Assembly (NCBI GenBank): GCA_963665095.1
Contig: OY762069.1
Location: 3,200,001-3,264,000 of the forward strand
Direction: 5' to 3'
Length of the DNA: 64,000 nucleotides
DNA from: an uncultured Desulfobacter sp.
Lineage (GTDB): Bacteria; Desulfobacterota; Desulfobacteria; Desulfobacterales; Desulfobacteraceae
Part shown: positions 1-10,092 of the stretch, piece after piece
How positions within the stretch are numbered: the first letter of the stretch is position 1
How the letters are laid out: every line of letters begins with the position of its first letter
Program-made: the position numbers and the translations under genes
Notes under the pieces: model-generated
The model's input: only the letters and a program-made list of their open reading frames with translations
What the model was told of the DNA's origin: nothing
Database searches by the model: none

Positions 1-110
1 TCAGGATTACGGATAAGGAAAACCTGCCCATGGTTAAAGTCTGGGCCGGATGCCTGGACTGTGTAAAATTTCCGGACTGCGACGAAATTGCCATGATCAA
101 AACGCTGTAG
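1..110 (+). CDS. C-terminal end of an ArgA-like GNAT N-acetyltransferase (partial)
   Basis: Manual translation RITDKENLPMVKVWAGCLDCVKFPDCDEIAMIKTL* matches the LPxKVWxxCxxCxKFPxCDExAM tail of short N-acetylglutamate synthase-like GNATs. Confidence 0.75.
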   Translation, partial: RITDKENLPMVKVWAGCLDCVKFPDCDEIAMIKTL

Positions 111-116
111 CCGGTC

Positions 117-1172
117 CTAGGCATAAATCATTTTGCAGGGTATGGGTGCATGCCGCAACACTCCGGGTTTTGGCAGGATCTGCTCATCTGCCACGGTCAG
201 CCAGTTGGTATCAGGATTCAGCTCTCTTAAACGCCCCCCCTCAGAAGGCATGGAGTGACTGGTATAATCATACCGGGTATTGAGGATACAGATATAATAC
301 TTACCATGCCGAGCCACCACATAGTTGTTGGTAAAAGTACTCTGGGGAATTTCCGCCTGCTGGGACAGGGATCTGACCTGATCCACCACAAGTTTTACCA
401 GAATTGATTTAGATACCCCGCTCTCATCAATACGCAACAGATTGCGCGATTCACTGGAAGAGACATAAACCGTAGTAATCGAGTCAAGCTGCCTGAAGTA
501 CTGGGCAGCAACAATGGCGGCGGTTCTTCGTCCGCCAGCCATCACCGGCACCCCGTAATACTCAAATAGCTTTTTTTGCATATTTTCCGCATACTTATCT
601 CCTTTTTCATAAAGATCTTTGGAGATATAACGCAAAGACTTGGCAAGGTCTTCAGATGCATCCGCAATGGGCCAGTCCACCCTGACATGAAAATGGGTCA
701 GAGCGTACTGGGCTTTTGTACGTGAATTTTTCTGAACCAGGAGGGCATAATCCACGGGCAGCAGTGTTTTGAGAAACGAAAAAAAATCGTCTGTTTCAAA
801 GTATTTCAAATTCCGGTTGTAATTTTCTACATCAGGAAAATGTTTGTGCCGTAAAAGATTGGTCTTTGTTGTTTTATTAACATCAAAATACCTGATATAC
901 TTTTTATGTTTCTTATTGATGGAATCTTCACAAAAAATAATCAGAAAGGAATTCTGGGCTTCAAACTCCACAGAAGGTATCCTTGCCCTTGGTTTGAGTT
1001 CTCTTAGCTCCACAAATGGGTACGGGGTCCGAAGACGTAAGAAATTATTATAGGAGCCCACAAGGGAGTAATCCAGGACAAATTGATCCAGTTCATCTCT
1101 TAATACCTGATAATAGGACCGCCGCAACCGGTCCTCTCTGCTCAGTGCATGCCGTGATTTGCAGAATTTCAC
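117..1172 (-). CDS. Hypothetical protein (351 aa)
   Basis: Long ORF directly downstream of pgk on the same strand; no motif recognised. Confidence 0.75.
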   Translation of the reverse strand: MKFCKSRHALSREDRLRRSYYQVLRDELDQFVLDYSLVGSYNNFLRLRTPYPFVELRELKPRARIPSVEFEAQNSFLIIFCEDSINKKHKKYIRYFDVNKTTKTNLLRHKHFPDVENYNRNLKYFETDDFFSFLKTLLPVDYALLVQKNSRTKAQYALTHFHVRVDWPIADASEDLAKSLRYISKDLYEKGDKYAENMQKKLFEYYGVPVMAGGRRTAAIVAAQYFRQLDSITTVYVSSSESRNLLRIDESGVSKSILVKLVVDQVRSLSQQAEIPQSTFTNNYVVARHGKYYICILNTRYDYTSHSMPSEGGRLRELNPDTNWLTVADEQILPKPGVLRHAPIPCKMIYA

Positions 1173-1199
1173 CTGACGTCCTTTCTGGCTGGTTTTGAA

Positions 1200-2375
1200 T
1201 TATTCCAGTGCTGCCACACCGGGAAGCACCTTCCCTTCCATCATATGCAGGAAAGCGCCGCCTCCCGTGGAAATATAGCTGACCTTTTCCGTAATACCGC
1301 ATTTTTTGGCTGCAAGCCCTGTATCACCGCCTCCCACAATGGAAAATGCATCCGATCCGGCAATGGCATCGGCAACTACCTTTGTGCCGGCAGCAAAACG
1401 ATCCATTTCAAACACACCCATGGGGCCATTCCAAACAATGGTACCGGCATCTGCCACAGCCATGGCATATGCTTTTGCACTCTCGGGACCGATATCCAGA
1501 GCCATCCAGTTGTCCGGAATCTCATCCAGGGACACCGTGCGGGTATCAGCATCCTTATCAAACCGGTCTGCCACAACAAGATCAGTGGGCAAAAGCAGTT
1601 TAATACCTTTACTTTCCGCCTGGGCCAGGATGTCTGACGCTGTAGACATCAGATCACTTTCAATCATGGAACCTTTAGTATCCACGCCTTTGGCAGCCAG
1701 AAAGGTATTGGCCATGGCACCACCGATAAGCATGCAGTCGACAAACTTGAGCATATTCTCAAGGGCAGCCAGTTTACTGGAGACTTTTGCCCCTCCGATG
1801 ACGACGGTAAGCGGCTTTTTGGGATGTTCCACGGAATCGTAATATGAACGAACCTCTTTTTCGAGCAGAAACCCCGCCACCGCCTCCTTTGCAAACCGGG
1901 TAATGCCGGTCACTGAAGCCTGATCCCGATGGGACACGGCAAAGGCGTTATTGACATAAATATCGCAAAGTTCGGCAAGGGATCTGGCAAAGTCAGGGTC
2001 ATTTTTCTTTTCTTCAGAATAGAACCGTAAATTTTCGAGCATTATAATCTGACCGGGCTTTAACTCATCCACGCGCTTCTGCACCTCGTCCCCTATGCAG
2101 TCATTCACAAATGCGACCTCAGTATCTAGAAGTTCGGACAGACGCACAGCAGCCGGTCGCAGACTGAACGTTTCATCCCGCCCGCCCTTGGGCCGCCCCA
2201 AGTGGGATGCCAGTATCAGTTTGGCACCTTTCTCAATAAGGTAGGTGATCAGATCCAGTGTGGCCCTGATCCGGTTATCATCCGTAATATTTCCGGCGTC
2301 ATCCATGGGCAGGTTATAGTCCACCCGAATGAACATTTTTTTCCCGCTCACCTCAATATCTCGAACAGATTTCAT
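1200..2375 (-). CDS. pgk: Phosphoglycerate kinase
   Basis: Motifs RVDYNLP, ASHLGRPKG, LENLRF, GGAKVSSK, WNGPMGVFE, GGGDT and ISTGGGA; AGGAGG RBS. Confidence 0.98.
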   Translation of the reverse strand: MKSVRDIEVSGKKMFIRVDYNLPMDDAGNITDDNRIRATLDLITYLIEKGAKLILASHLGRPKGGRDETFSLRPAAVRLSELLDTEVAFVNDCIGDEVQKRVDELKPGQIIMLENLRFYSEEKKNDPDFARSLAELCDIYVNNAFAVSHRDQASVTGITRFAKEAVAGFLLEKEVRSYYDSVEHPKKPLTVVIGGAKVSSKLAALENMLKFVDCMLIGGAMANTFLAAKGVDTKGSMIESDLMSTASDILAQAESKGIKLLLPTDLVVADRFDKDADTRTVSLDEIPDNWMALDIGPESAKAYAMAVADAGTIVWNGPMGVFEMDRFAAGTKVVADAIAGSDAFSIVGGGDTGLAAKKCGITEKVSYISTGGGAFLHMMEGKVLPGVAALE

Positions 2376-2676
2376 ATTTCCTCCTTAAAAATTATAAATC
2401 GTCCTGACATTACTGCCTGGCAGATTTATAACACGGTTTGAAAGAGAGCCTGTTTGGCCGGTGGACCCTCTCATTTCAAATATGACTCATCCAAAAGCTG
2501 GATTTTTTCCATTGGATTCTTGCTAACACAGAATAGACTGGAAACATGTACCTCCGGGGTCAGAACCCTTAAAGAATTCGCCGAAAACACATGATAACAC
2601 AATACGTGAACTCAATACGATTTTCAATAGTTTTGCTGAACCATACAAAAGCCAAATCAAACCAGTGGGTCACCTA

Positions 2677-2979
2677 CTACTTTTTCATCTTCAGGGTGCG
2701 ACGGTGAGCCTGTTTTTTGCGAGACCAGCGTTCCAGAAAGGAGATACTCCCTGCTTTTTCCGAACGTTCAATCACCTCTTCCTCAACCCGGACCCCGTCC
2801 TTTGTCCCCATGGCCGCTCTAAGGCATTTTGTTTTCACCGGACAGTGATAAAAACACGTTTCAGGCGTCTCCCTGAGCCCTTTGGGCCCCATGGGGAACA
2901 CTTTTTCAAGATTGCCAAAACAATCAGGCAGGTTGTCATTGCTGCCTTCCTCCCGGCTGTTGTTCTCACGGCTGCTCAT
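2677..2979 (-). CDS. Small Cys-containing hypothetical protein
   Basis: ORF overlapping the radC stop; CFG...C...C....C pattern; start codon uncertain. Confidence 0.6.
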   Translation of the reverse strand: MSSRENNSREEGSNDNLPDCFGNLEKVFPMGPKGLRETPETCFYHCPVKTKCLRAAMGTKDGVRVEEEVIERSEKAGSISFLERWSRKKQAHRRTLKMKK

Positions 2980-3697
2980 TATTGATCTGATCAAACTCCC
3001 TTTGAAAACGGGGCATCAGCCCCTGTGCTGCAAAACTGTAATACCCCTGGCTTCCGGTGATGATATGGTCATGCACATTGATCCCTGCAAACTTTAACGC
3101 AAAAAACAGAGTCCTGGTAATGCGGATATCCTGGACAGAAGGAGTGATCTCCCCGGATGGATGGTTATGGGCAAACACCACAGACGCTGCATTATGAGCA
3201 AGGCAGCGGGAAAGAACTTCCCTTGGATAAACAGCTGACGCTGTCAGAGTGCCGGTAAAAAGAATTTCCGATACCAGCACACGATTTTTGGCATCCAGAA
3301 AAATTCCTAAAAAATTTTCCCGGGTTTTGTAGCCGATGGCCTGATTTAAAAATGTGATCAGGCTGTCCGGGTCTTTTACCACATCCCTTTGAACCAGACG
3401 GGTTTCAAGGTACCGGTCTGCCACAGCCTTAATCAGATGTATGCCAAAGCTGTTGGCAGGTCCCACACCCTTTATCCGGCATAACGCCCCGGTATCTGCC
3501 TCCAGAACCCGGGGAAGCGTTTTAAATTCTTCAAGCAGATCTTTGGCAGCCTGTTTTGTATCTTTTCGTGGTGTATTAATATGCAGCAACAGTTCCAGAA
3601 CCTCATAGTCCTGGAACCCTGAAAGCCCGGCCTGAAGGAACCGTTCCTTTAATCGCTGCCGGTGCCCTGCCCCTTTATTCGTCGTCTCCCGGTTCAT
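2966..3697 (-). CDS. radC: RadC family JAB-domain protein
   Basis: [29 protein letters not shown] and AHNHPSG...D...HDHII motifs. Start reassigned to the ATG at 3697, overlapping the gyrA end. Confidence 0.93.
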   Translation of the reverse strand: MNRETTNKGAGHRQRLKERFLQAGLSGFQDYEVLELLLHINTPRKDTKQAAKDLLEEFKTLPRVLEADTGALCRIKGVGPANSFGIHLIKAVADRYLETRLVQRDVVKDPDSLITFLNQAIGYKTRENFLGIFLDAKNRVLVSEILFTGTLTASAVYPREVLSRCLAHNAASVVFAHNHPSGEITPSVQDIRITRTLFFALKFAGINVHDHIITGSQGYYSFAAQGLMPRFQREFDQINNEQP

Positions 3698-6218
3698 CCA
3701 CGTCGCTGTCCATTTCCGGATCATCAGACATGTCAGGATCCTGATCGTCCAAAACATCAGGGAGGTCCTGCAGGTCTGTATCCTCTTCAGGGTCGCGGTC
3801 ATCCTCAGGCAGGCGGGCAATCCCGATAAGGGCTTCGCCGCTGACCAGGTTAATGAGCCGGACACCCTGGGTATTTCTGGAGATCACATTGATGCCGCCG
3901 ATATCGGTGCGGATCAGTTTTCCCTTGTCTGTAACCATCATAAGTTCGTCATTGTCATCCACCAGAGCCAGGGCCACCATCTTGCCATTGCGTTTGGATG
4001 TTTTAATTGAAAAAACACCTTTTCCACCCCGGGACTGGCTTCTGTACTCATCAATGCGGGAACGCTTTCCATAACCGTTCTCCGTCACTGTCAAGAGGGT
4101 GTCTTCCTCGCCCAGAATCTCCATGCCAACGACCCGGGAACCCTCTTCGATACGCATACCCCGGACACCCATGGACCCTCGCCCCACTTCCCGCACTTCA
4201 CTTTCATGGAACCGGATCACTTTGCCGCCTTCAGAACCCAGGAAGATCTCCTGGTTGCCATCGGTAATCCTTGCGGCAATCAACTCATCCCCTTCAGCCA
4301 GCCTGACACCGATAAGGCCGCCTGCTCTGGGACGGGAATAGGCCATGAGATCCGTCTTTTTTACCCTGCCGGCCTTGGTGGCCATGATAACATAACGATT
4401 TTCGGTGAACTCATCCACAGTGAGTACAGTGGCCAGTTTTTCGCCCTCGTCAAAATTAAGCAGGTTGACAATGGCCTTGCCAAGGGAGGAGCGGCCTGCC
4501 ATGGGCAACTCATACACCTTGGACTGGTACACCTTGCCTAAATTGGTAATAAACAAAAAGGTCGCATGGGTAGACGCCACAAACAGATGCTCCACAAAAT
4601 CATCGGATTTTGTGCCCATGGCAGTTTTTCCCTTTCCGCCCCGGTGCTGGCTGACATAAAGCGACACAGGGTTGCGCTTGATGTATCCGGAGCGGGTCAC
4701 CGTCACCACCATATCCTCTTCGGCAATCAGATCTTCAATGGAGATCTCTGCCGTGCTCTCAATAATACGGGTGCGCCTGTCATCCCCGAACTCTTCATGC
4801 AGTTGTGTCAGTTCCTCCTTGATCAAACCTTTCACCACAGTTTCAGATCCCAGAATCTCTTTGAACCAGGCAATGTCCTTTAGCAGGTCCTGGTATTCGA
4901 TCTCTATTTTTTCACGTTCCAGTCCGGTGAGCCGCTGCAGCCGCATATCCAGAATAGCCTGGGCCTGAATTTCGGTCAGGTCAAAGGTATTCATCAGCCC
5001 GGTTCTGGCTTCCTCCGGCGATTGGGACGCCCGGATCAGGGCCACCACCTCATCAAGGTTATCCAGAGCCACCTTCAACCCTTCCAGGATATGGGCGCGC
5101 TCTTCAGCCTTGCGCAGATCATACCTTGTACGCCGGATAATCACATTGATCCGGTGGGCAATGAAATGGTTCAAAATCTCCTTCAGAGACAGCAGTTCAG
5201 GACGGTTATTGACCACGGCCAGAAAAATAATGCCAAAACTGGTCTGCATGTTCGTGTGCTTATACAACTGGTTGATTATCACCTCGGCAATCTGATCCCG
5301 CTTGAGTCCTACAGCGACACGCATGCCCTGGCGGTCGGATTCATCCCGGACATAGGAGACCCCTGTGATAACCTTGTCACGAACCAGCTCCGCAATCTTT
5401 TCCACCAGCTTGGCCTTGTTTACCTGGTAGGGCAATTCCGTGACCACGATGGTTTCCTGACTGTTTTTCTTATTTTCCTCCACCTCAACCTTGGCCCGAA
5501 GCGTGATAATGCCCCGGCCCGTATCATAGGCTTCAAAAATGCCCTTGGTTCCGTAGATATGACCGTAGGTAGGAAAATCAGGACCAGGAATATAAGACAT
5601 CAGCGCCCGTGTATCCATATCTGGATTATCGATCAACGATTTGAGCCCCTCAATGACCTCGTTGATATTATGGGGGGGAATATTGGTGGTCATGCCCACA
5701 GCAATGCCCGATGATCCGTTGACCAGAAGGGCCGGGAACTTGGTGGGAAGGACCGACGGCTCGTCCAGGGTTTCATCGTAGTTAGGGAGGAACTCCACAG
5801 TCTCTTTCTCAAGATCGGCCAGCATCTGGTGAGAAAGCTTGCGCATACGGATTTCAGTATAACGCATGGCAGCCGGTGAATCCCCGTCCACGGACCCGAA
5901 GTTACCCTGGCCGTCCACAAGCATGTACCGCAATGAAAAATCCTGGGCCATTCGGACAATGGTGTCATATACGGCAGAGTCGCCATGGGGATGATATTTA
6001 CCAATAACATCACCCACAATACGGGCGGACTTCTTATAGGGTTTGTTCCAGTCATTACGCAGCTGCTGCATGGCATACAGCACCCGCCGGTGAACCGGCT
6101 TCAAACCATCCCGGACATCAGGCAGGGCCCGACCGATAATGACACTCATGGCATACTCGAGATAGGACTGACGCATCTCCTTCTCGATACTGGTCACATT
6201 GCTTTCGTTTTGAATCAT
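3675..6218 (-). CDS. gyrA: DNA gyrase subunit A
   Basis: [31 protein letters not shown], GyrA-box QHRGGKG and an acidic C-terminal tail. Confidence 0.99.
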   Translation of the reverse strand: MIQNESNVTSIEKEMRQSYLEYAMSVIIGRALPDVRDGLKPVHRRVLYAMQQLRNDWNKPYKKSARIVGDVIGKYHPHGDSAVYDTIVRMAQDFSLRYMLVDGQGNFGSVDGDSPAAMRYTEIRMRKLSHQMLADLEKETVEFLPNYDETLDEPSVLPTKFPALLVNGSSGIAVGMTTNIPPHNINEVIEGLKSLIDNPDMDTRALMSYIPGPDFPTYGHIYGTKGIFEAYDTGRGIITLRAKVEVEENKKNSQETIVVTELPYQVNKAKLVEKIAELVRDKVITGVSYVRDESDRQGMRVAVGLKRDQIAEVIINQLYKHTNMQTSFGIIFLAVVNNRPELLSLKEILNHFIAHRINVIIRRTRYDLRKAEERAHILEGLKVALDNLDEVVALIRASQSPEEARTGLMNTFDLTEIQAQAILDMRLQRLTGLEREKIEIEYQDLLKDIAWFKEILGSETVVKGLIKEELTQLHEEFGDDRRTRIIESTAEISIEDLIAEEDMVVTVTRSGYIKRNPVSLYVSQHRGGKGKTAMGTKSDDFVEHLFVASTHATFLFITNLGKVYQSKVYELPMAGRSSLGKAIVNLLNFDEGEKLATVLTVDEFTENRYVIMATKAGRVKKTDLMAYSRPRAGGLIGVRLAEGDELIAARITDGNQEIFLGSEGGKVIRFHESEVREVGRGSMGVRGMRIEEGSRVVGMEILGEEDTLLTVTENGYGKRSRIDEYRSQSRGGKGVFSIKTSKRNGKMVALALVDDNDELMMVTDKGKLIRTDIGGINVISRNTQGVRLINLVSGEALIGIARLPEDDRDPEEDTDLQDLPDVLDDQDPDMSDDPEMDSDVDEPGDDE

Positions 6219-6339
6219 CCTGAACTTAATGCTCCCGATTTAAATTTCTTTTTATGTACAAAAAATAAATATCTTTATTTACAGACAAACGGTGTCTGAC
6301 AATTTCTACTGCCCGGCCCAGCTTTTTAAAAAGGCCGAA

Positions 6340-7449
6340 TCACTTATCTATTTCATTCCAGGGCAGCTGACCTTTGTCCGGTTCCACCATGGCCTGAAAG
6401 CTTGAAAAATAAATATCAGCAAGCGTTAAAAACAAGGTGGCAATCAAAGGCCCGTAAATAATGCCTAAAATACCATACACCTTTAACCCGCCGATAATGG
6501 AAAAGAACACGATGAGCGGATGCATGGCCACCCGGTCCCCCACCACTTTGGGCTTGAAAATATACTCAATTCCCCACGACAGAATTGCATAAAAAACAAC
6601 AATGAAAATGCCTGTTCCAATGCTGCCTTTCAACAGAAAAAACAGGGCCGTGGGTAACAACACCACACCGATTCCAACAATGGGGAGAAAAGCTAAAAAC
6701 CCCATGACAACCCCCCATAAAAACGGGGAATTCAAATCCAGGAACCAGAACACCAAGCCCCCTGCCACCCCTTGAATCAGTCCGCCCAGGCCGTTGCCGA
6801 TGAGAACGGCACCAGCCATGTGGTTGAACTTTTCAAACAGTTTGCGGTCATGCTCATCCTTGAGCGGAGACAGGTCAAACAGATACTGCATAAACCGTTC
6901 ACCATCCATGAACATGTAAAAGACCACAATCAGCATCAGGCAGAAATAAAACACCAGATTTAACAGGTTGGAGGTAATAAACCTGGCCTGTTGAAACAGG
7001 GAAAACCCTAAATTTTTACCCACTTCGGTCAAGGGATCCACAAGTTCCCGCCAGGAGACCTGTGTATCAATACCGGCACTGGCTAAGAATTCGTTAATCC
7101 GCTCCAGGGCCCGGGTACTTTCCAGAAGATTGATCAGGTGGTTGGAGAACACGGCATCCCTGGCCATATTGTAAAGTCCCAGGGCTTCCCTGGAAAGAAT
7201 GCCCACAAAAAAGACCACCGGAATAAACACAATAAAAAACACAGCCAGGCAGGTGAGTACAGAAGCGACTCTTGTGGGCATAAAACCGGCCTGCCATTTA
7301 AACATGGGCTTGAAAATACCCGTAATGACGACGCCAAGAATAAGACTGGCAAAAAACGGGGTAATCAGTTTCCCCACAAGGAAAATGGCTATGCAAAACA
7401 GGGCCAGAAAAAAAAAGAATACTGCCCTTTGAAAAATATTCTGCTCCAA
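6340..7449 (-). CDS. AI-2E family transporter
   Basis: Multi-TM protein with FLPIVG, PKVVG..MHPLIVFFSIIGG and GIIYGPLI motifs. Confidence 0.9.
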   Translation of the reverse strand: MEQNIFQRAVFFFFLALFCIAIFLVGKLITPFFASLILGVVITGIFKPMFKWQAGFMPTRVASVLTCLAVFFIVFIPVVFFVGILSREALGLYNMARDAVFSNHLINLLESTRALERINEFLASAGIDTQVSWRELVDPLTEVGKNLGFSLFQQARFITSNLLNLVFYFCLMLIVVFYMFMDGERFMQYLFDLSPLKDEHDRKLFEKFNHMAGAVLIGNGLGGLIQGVAGGLVFWFLDLNSPFLWGVVMGFLAFLPIVGIGVVLLPTALFFLLKGSIGTGIFIVVFYAILSWGIEYIFKPKVVGDRVAMHPLIVFFSIIGGLKVYGILGIIYGPLIATLFLTLADIYFSSFQAMVEPDKGQLPWNEIDK

Positions 7450-7488
7450 ATAATGCCCACCTGGTGACCAAAGAGACTAAAAACAAGG

Positions 7489-7538
7489 TAAAGCCGCAAC
7501 ATGCAGAAGGGCTCCCCTCCTGCACAGGTGCGGCTTTA
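7489..7538. terminator. Stem-loop between the small ORF and the AI-2E gene
   Basis: TAAAGCCGCA...TGCGGCTTTA outer stem with an inner TGCAG/CTGCA stem. Confidence 0.4.
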
Positions 7539-7563
7539 TCTTAAAATGACGATATGCCCGGTG

Positions 7564-7719
7564 TTAACTGCTGATAATCCCCAGGGCAGCCAGCACCAGC
7601 AACACTTCCCAGACAATGACCTGGGTAAAGCTTCCAAAAAAATGGTAAACAATGCCACCGCCGACAATAGCCGGCACTGCCGTGTAAATCAGTATGCCCA
7701 GTTTGCGTGGAATATCCAT
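7564..7719 (-). CDS. Small two-TM membrane protein (51 aa), absent from the ORF track
   Basis: MDIPRKLGILIYTAVPAIVGGGIVYHFFGSFTQVIVWEVLLVLAALGIISS*, preceded by an AGAGGTG RBS. Confidence 0.7.
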   Translation of the reverse strand: MDIPRKLGILIYTAVPAIVGGGIVYHFFGSFTQVIVWEVLLVLAALGIISS

Positions 7720-7850
7720 GGTTTCACACCTCTTTTTTCAATTCAATTTCAATCAGTTATATCGCTAAAAAACCGCTTAAATTCTTACCATTTTACAGCC
7801 GTTAAGTAAAGGCTAACATAGCATAAATTCTTTCTTTTTACCGCTCAGCC

Positions 7851-9137
7851 CTATCGTTCAATAATCATGGCCATACCCATGCCGCCGCCAATGCACATGG
7901 TGATCAGACCGGTATTGTAGTCCTTTCTTTTCATGTGGTGGATGGCGGTGACCATCTGCCGGGCGCCGGTGCAGCCAATGGGATGTCCCAGGGAGATGCC
8001 TGAGCCAAGCTCATTGGGTTTTTCCACGGGGATATCCAGTTCTCTCATGCAGCCAATGGCCTGGGATGCAAAGGCTTCGTTCAGTTCGATCATATCGATA
8101 TCGGACATGGCCATGCCGGTCTGTTTGAGTACCCGCTTTACGGCTGGAATCGGCCCTAAACCCATGTATGCCGGATCAAGTCCGCCGGAGGCAAACCCTT
8201 TCACCTTTGCCAGTACCTCAAGCCCCAGCTCCCTGGCACGGTCTGCAGTCATCATCAGCACTGCAGCCGCCCCGTCATTAATCCCCGAGGCATTACCGGC
8301 GGTGACAGAGCCGTCCTTCCTGAAAGCCGGACGCAGTTTGGCCAGTTTTTCCATGCTGGTCTCCATGGGCCGCTCATCCTTGTCCACAATAATATCACCC
8401 TTACGGCTTTTAATAACCACCGGCACGATCTCCTGATCAAAGGTGCCGTCATGCACCGCACCAAAAGCCCGGGTGTGGCTCAAAAGCGCCAGTTCATCCT
8501 GCTCCTGCCTGGTAATGCCGTATTTTTCTACAATATTTTCTGCGGTCTGCCCCATGTGGTAGCCGTAAAATATTTCGTACAGACCATCGTATACCATAAG
8601 GTCATGAACCGGCCCCTGCCCGGTCAGTTCCATGCGGTGCCCCCATCTGGCCTTAAGCAGGGCCATGGGTGCATTGCTCATGCTCTCCTGGCCACCGGCC
8701 AAAATAACTTCAGCCTGGCCCGCCATGATGGCCTGGGCACCTAAGGCAATGGCTTTCAGCCCGGAACCGCAGATCTTATTAATCGTTGTGGCCGGCGTGG
8801 TGCGGCTGATACCGGAACTGATCATGGCCTGACGCGCCGTGTTCTGGCCCTGGCCCGCCTGGAGCACATTGCCCATGATCACTTCGTCCACATATATATC
8901 TTTCAGGTCATCAGCGTAGTCATAGCCGGATTTTTCAATGTCAATCATGCCCTGGTCTTTCAGGGACTGGGGGGTGAATTCGTCATTGCACGGATCCTGG
9001 ACCGGTTTAAGGCCGACGCGTTTGAAGACCTCTTTCATCACATATGTGCCCAACTCCACCACCGGTACACTTTTCAATGAGCCGCCAAAGGACCCCACAG
9101 CCGTTCTGGCACCGCTTACGATTACAACTTCTTGCAT
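7851..9137 (-). CDS. Acetyl-CoA C-acetyltransferase (thiolase)
   Basis: INKICGSG, VTAGNASGINDGAAA, ELNEAFA, GHPIGCTGAR and MCIGGGMG motifs; GGAGG RBS before the ATG at 9137. Confidence 0.96.
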   Translation of the reverse strand: MQEVVIVSGARTAVGSFGGSLKSVPVVELGTYVMKEVFKRVGLKPVQDPCNDEFTPQSLKDQGMIDIEKSGYDYADDLKDIYVDEVIMGNVLQAGQGQNTARQAMISSGISRTTPATTINKICGSGLKAIALGAQAIMAGQAEVILAGGQESMSNAPMALLKARWGHRMELTGQGPVHDLMVYDGLYEIFYGYHMGQTAENIVEKYGITRQEQDELALLSHTRAFGAVHDGTFDQEIVPVVIKSRKGDIIVDKDERPMETSMEKLAKLRPAFRKDGSVTAGNASGINDGAAAVLMMTADRARELGLEVLAKVKGFASGGLDPAYMGLGPIPAVKRVLKQTGMAMSDIDMIELNEAFASQAIGCMRELDIPVEKPNELGSGISLGHPIGCTGARQMVTAIHHMKRKDYNTGLITMCIGGGMGMAMIIER

Positions 9138-9260
9138 AGCATCCTCCAAATATGATTACCAAAATTTGATTGTTCCCAAACCACAGATTAGATATGCTTC
9201 AATAAAAAGAAAGCTCGGATTTCCATAACAAAATGGATACTAAAACACAAGGGAAACTCT

Positions 9261-10049
9261 ATGTGCCTGATCCTGTTCGATATTGACACATCAAAGGAAT
9301 TTAAACTGACACTAGCAGCCAACCGGGATGAATATTTTGACCGGCCCACCAGCCCCATGGCATTCTGGGAAGATGCCCCGCAGATTCTTGCAGGACGTGA
9401 TCTCAAAGCACTTGGCACCTGGTTTGGTGTCAGCAGAAACGGGCGGTTTGCCGCGTTAACCAATTTCCGGGATTTAACCCAGATAAAAACCAATGCCCCG
9501 TCCAGGGGAGAAATCATTCCACAGGCTCTGGAATTTAAAGGGCCTGTACCAACCTTTCTTGTAGAACTCCATAAAAAAGCGGACCAGTACAGTGGCTTTA
9601 ATCTGCTGACAGGTGAGGCCAAAGGCCCTTTCTTCTGGTATTCCAATCAGGACGGAAAAATTTTTGAGATACCCCCGGGCGTCCACGGATTGAGCAACCA
9701 TCTGCTGGACACCCCATGGCCCAAGGTCGCCAGGGGCATGAAAAACTTAAATTTGATTATAGAAAAGGAAAATGCAGATAAAAAAGCAGGGCCGGATGAG
9801 GCTTTTTTTGATCTTTTGTCCGATCGCACCCGGCCTGAGGACCATCTGCTGCCCGATACAGGTGTCGGTCTTGAATGGGAGAGAATTTTATCCCCGCTTT
9901 TTGTGTCAAGCAGCGTTTATGGTACCCGCAGTTCAACATTGATGCGGATTGACGCAAACGGGACCATCCGGGTCAGGGAACGGACTTACCCTTTAGTAAA
10001 TACAGATCTTCCTGAGGATCGCGAATTTATTGTGACACCCGGCTCTTGA
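9261..10049 (+). CDS. NRDE (TANGO2) family protein
   Basis: MCLI...AANRDE, GTWFG, LTNFR, SRG, LSN..LDTPWPK and YGTRSST motifs. Confidence 0.95.
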   Translation: MCLILFDIDTSKEFKLTLAANRDEYFDRPTSPMAFWEDAPQILAGRDLKALGTWFGVSRNGRFAALTNFRDLTQIKTNAPSRGEIIPQALEFKGPVPTFLVELHKKADQYSGFNLLTGEAKGPFFWYSNQDGKIFEIPPGVHGLSNHLLDTPWPKVARGMKNLNLIIEKENADKKAGPDEAFFDLLSDRTRPEDHLLPDTGVGLEWERILSPLFVSSSVYGTRSSTLMRIDANGTIRVRERTYPLVNTDLPEDREFIVTPGS

Positions 10050-10092
10050 AAAATCTGAGGCCGGACATTTAAGACATTGGAAAAATAAGGCA

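Noticed and set aside
2410..2660. Possible 6S RNA, riboswitch or 23-aa leader peptide upstream of pgk
   Set aside because: No convincing long stem or family motif, and the GGAGGT is only 2 nt from the small ORF's ATG.
3675..3865. radC as a mobile-element anti-restriction gene; long N-terminal extension
   Set aside because: It is a full-length chromosomal RadC coupled to gyrA. The extension is just overlap with the gyrA acidic tail, and the likely start is 3697.
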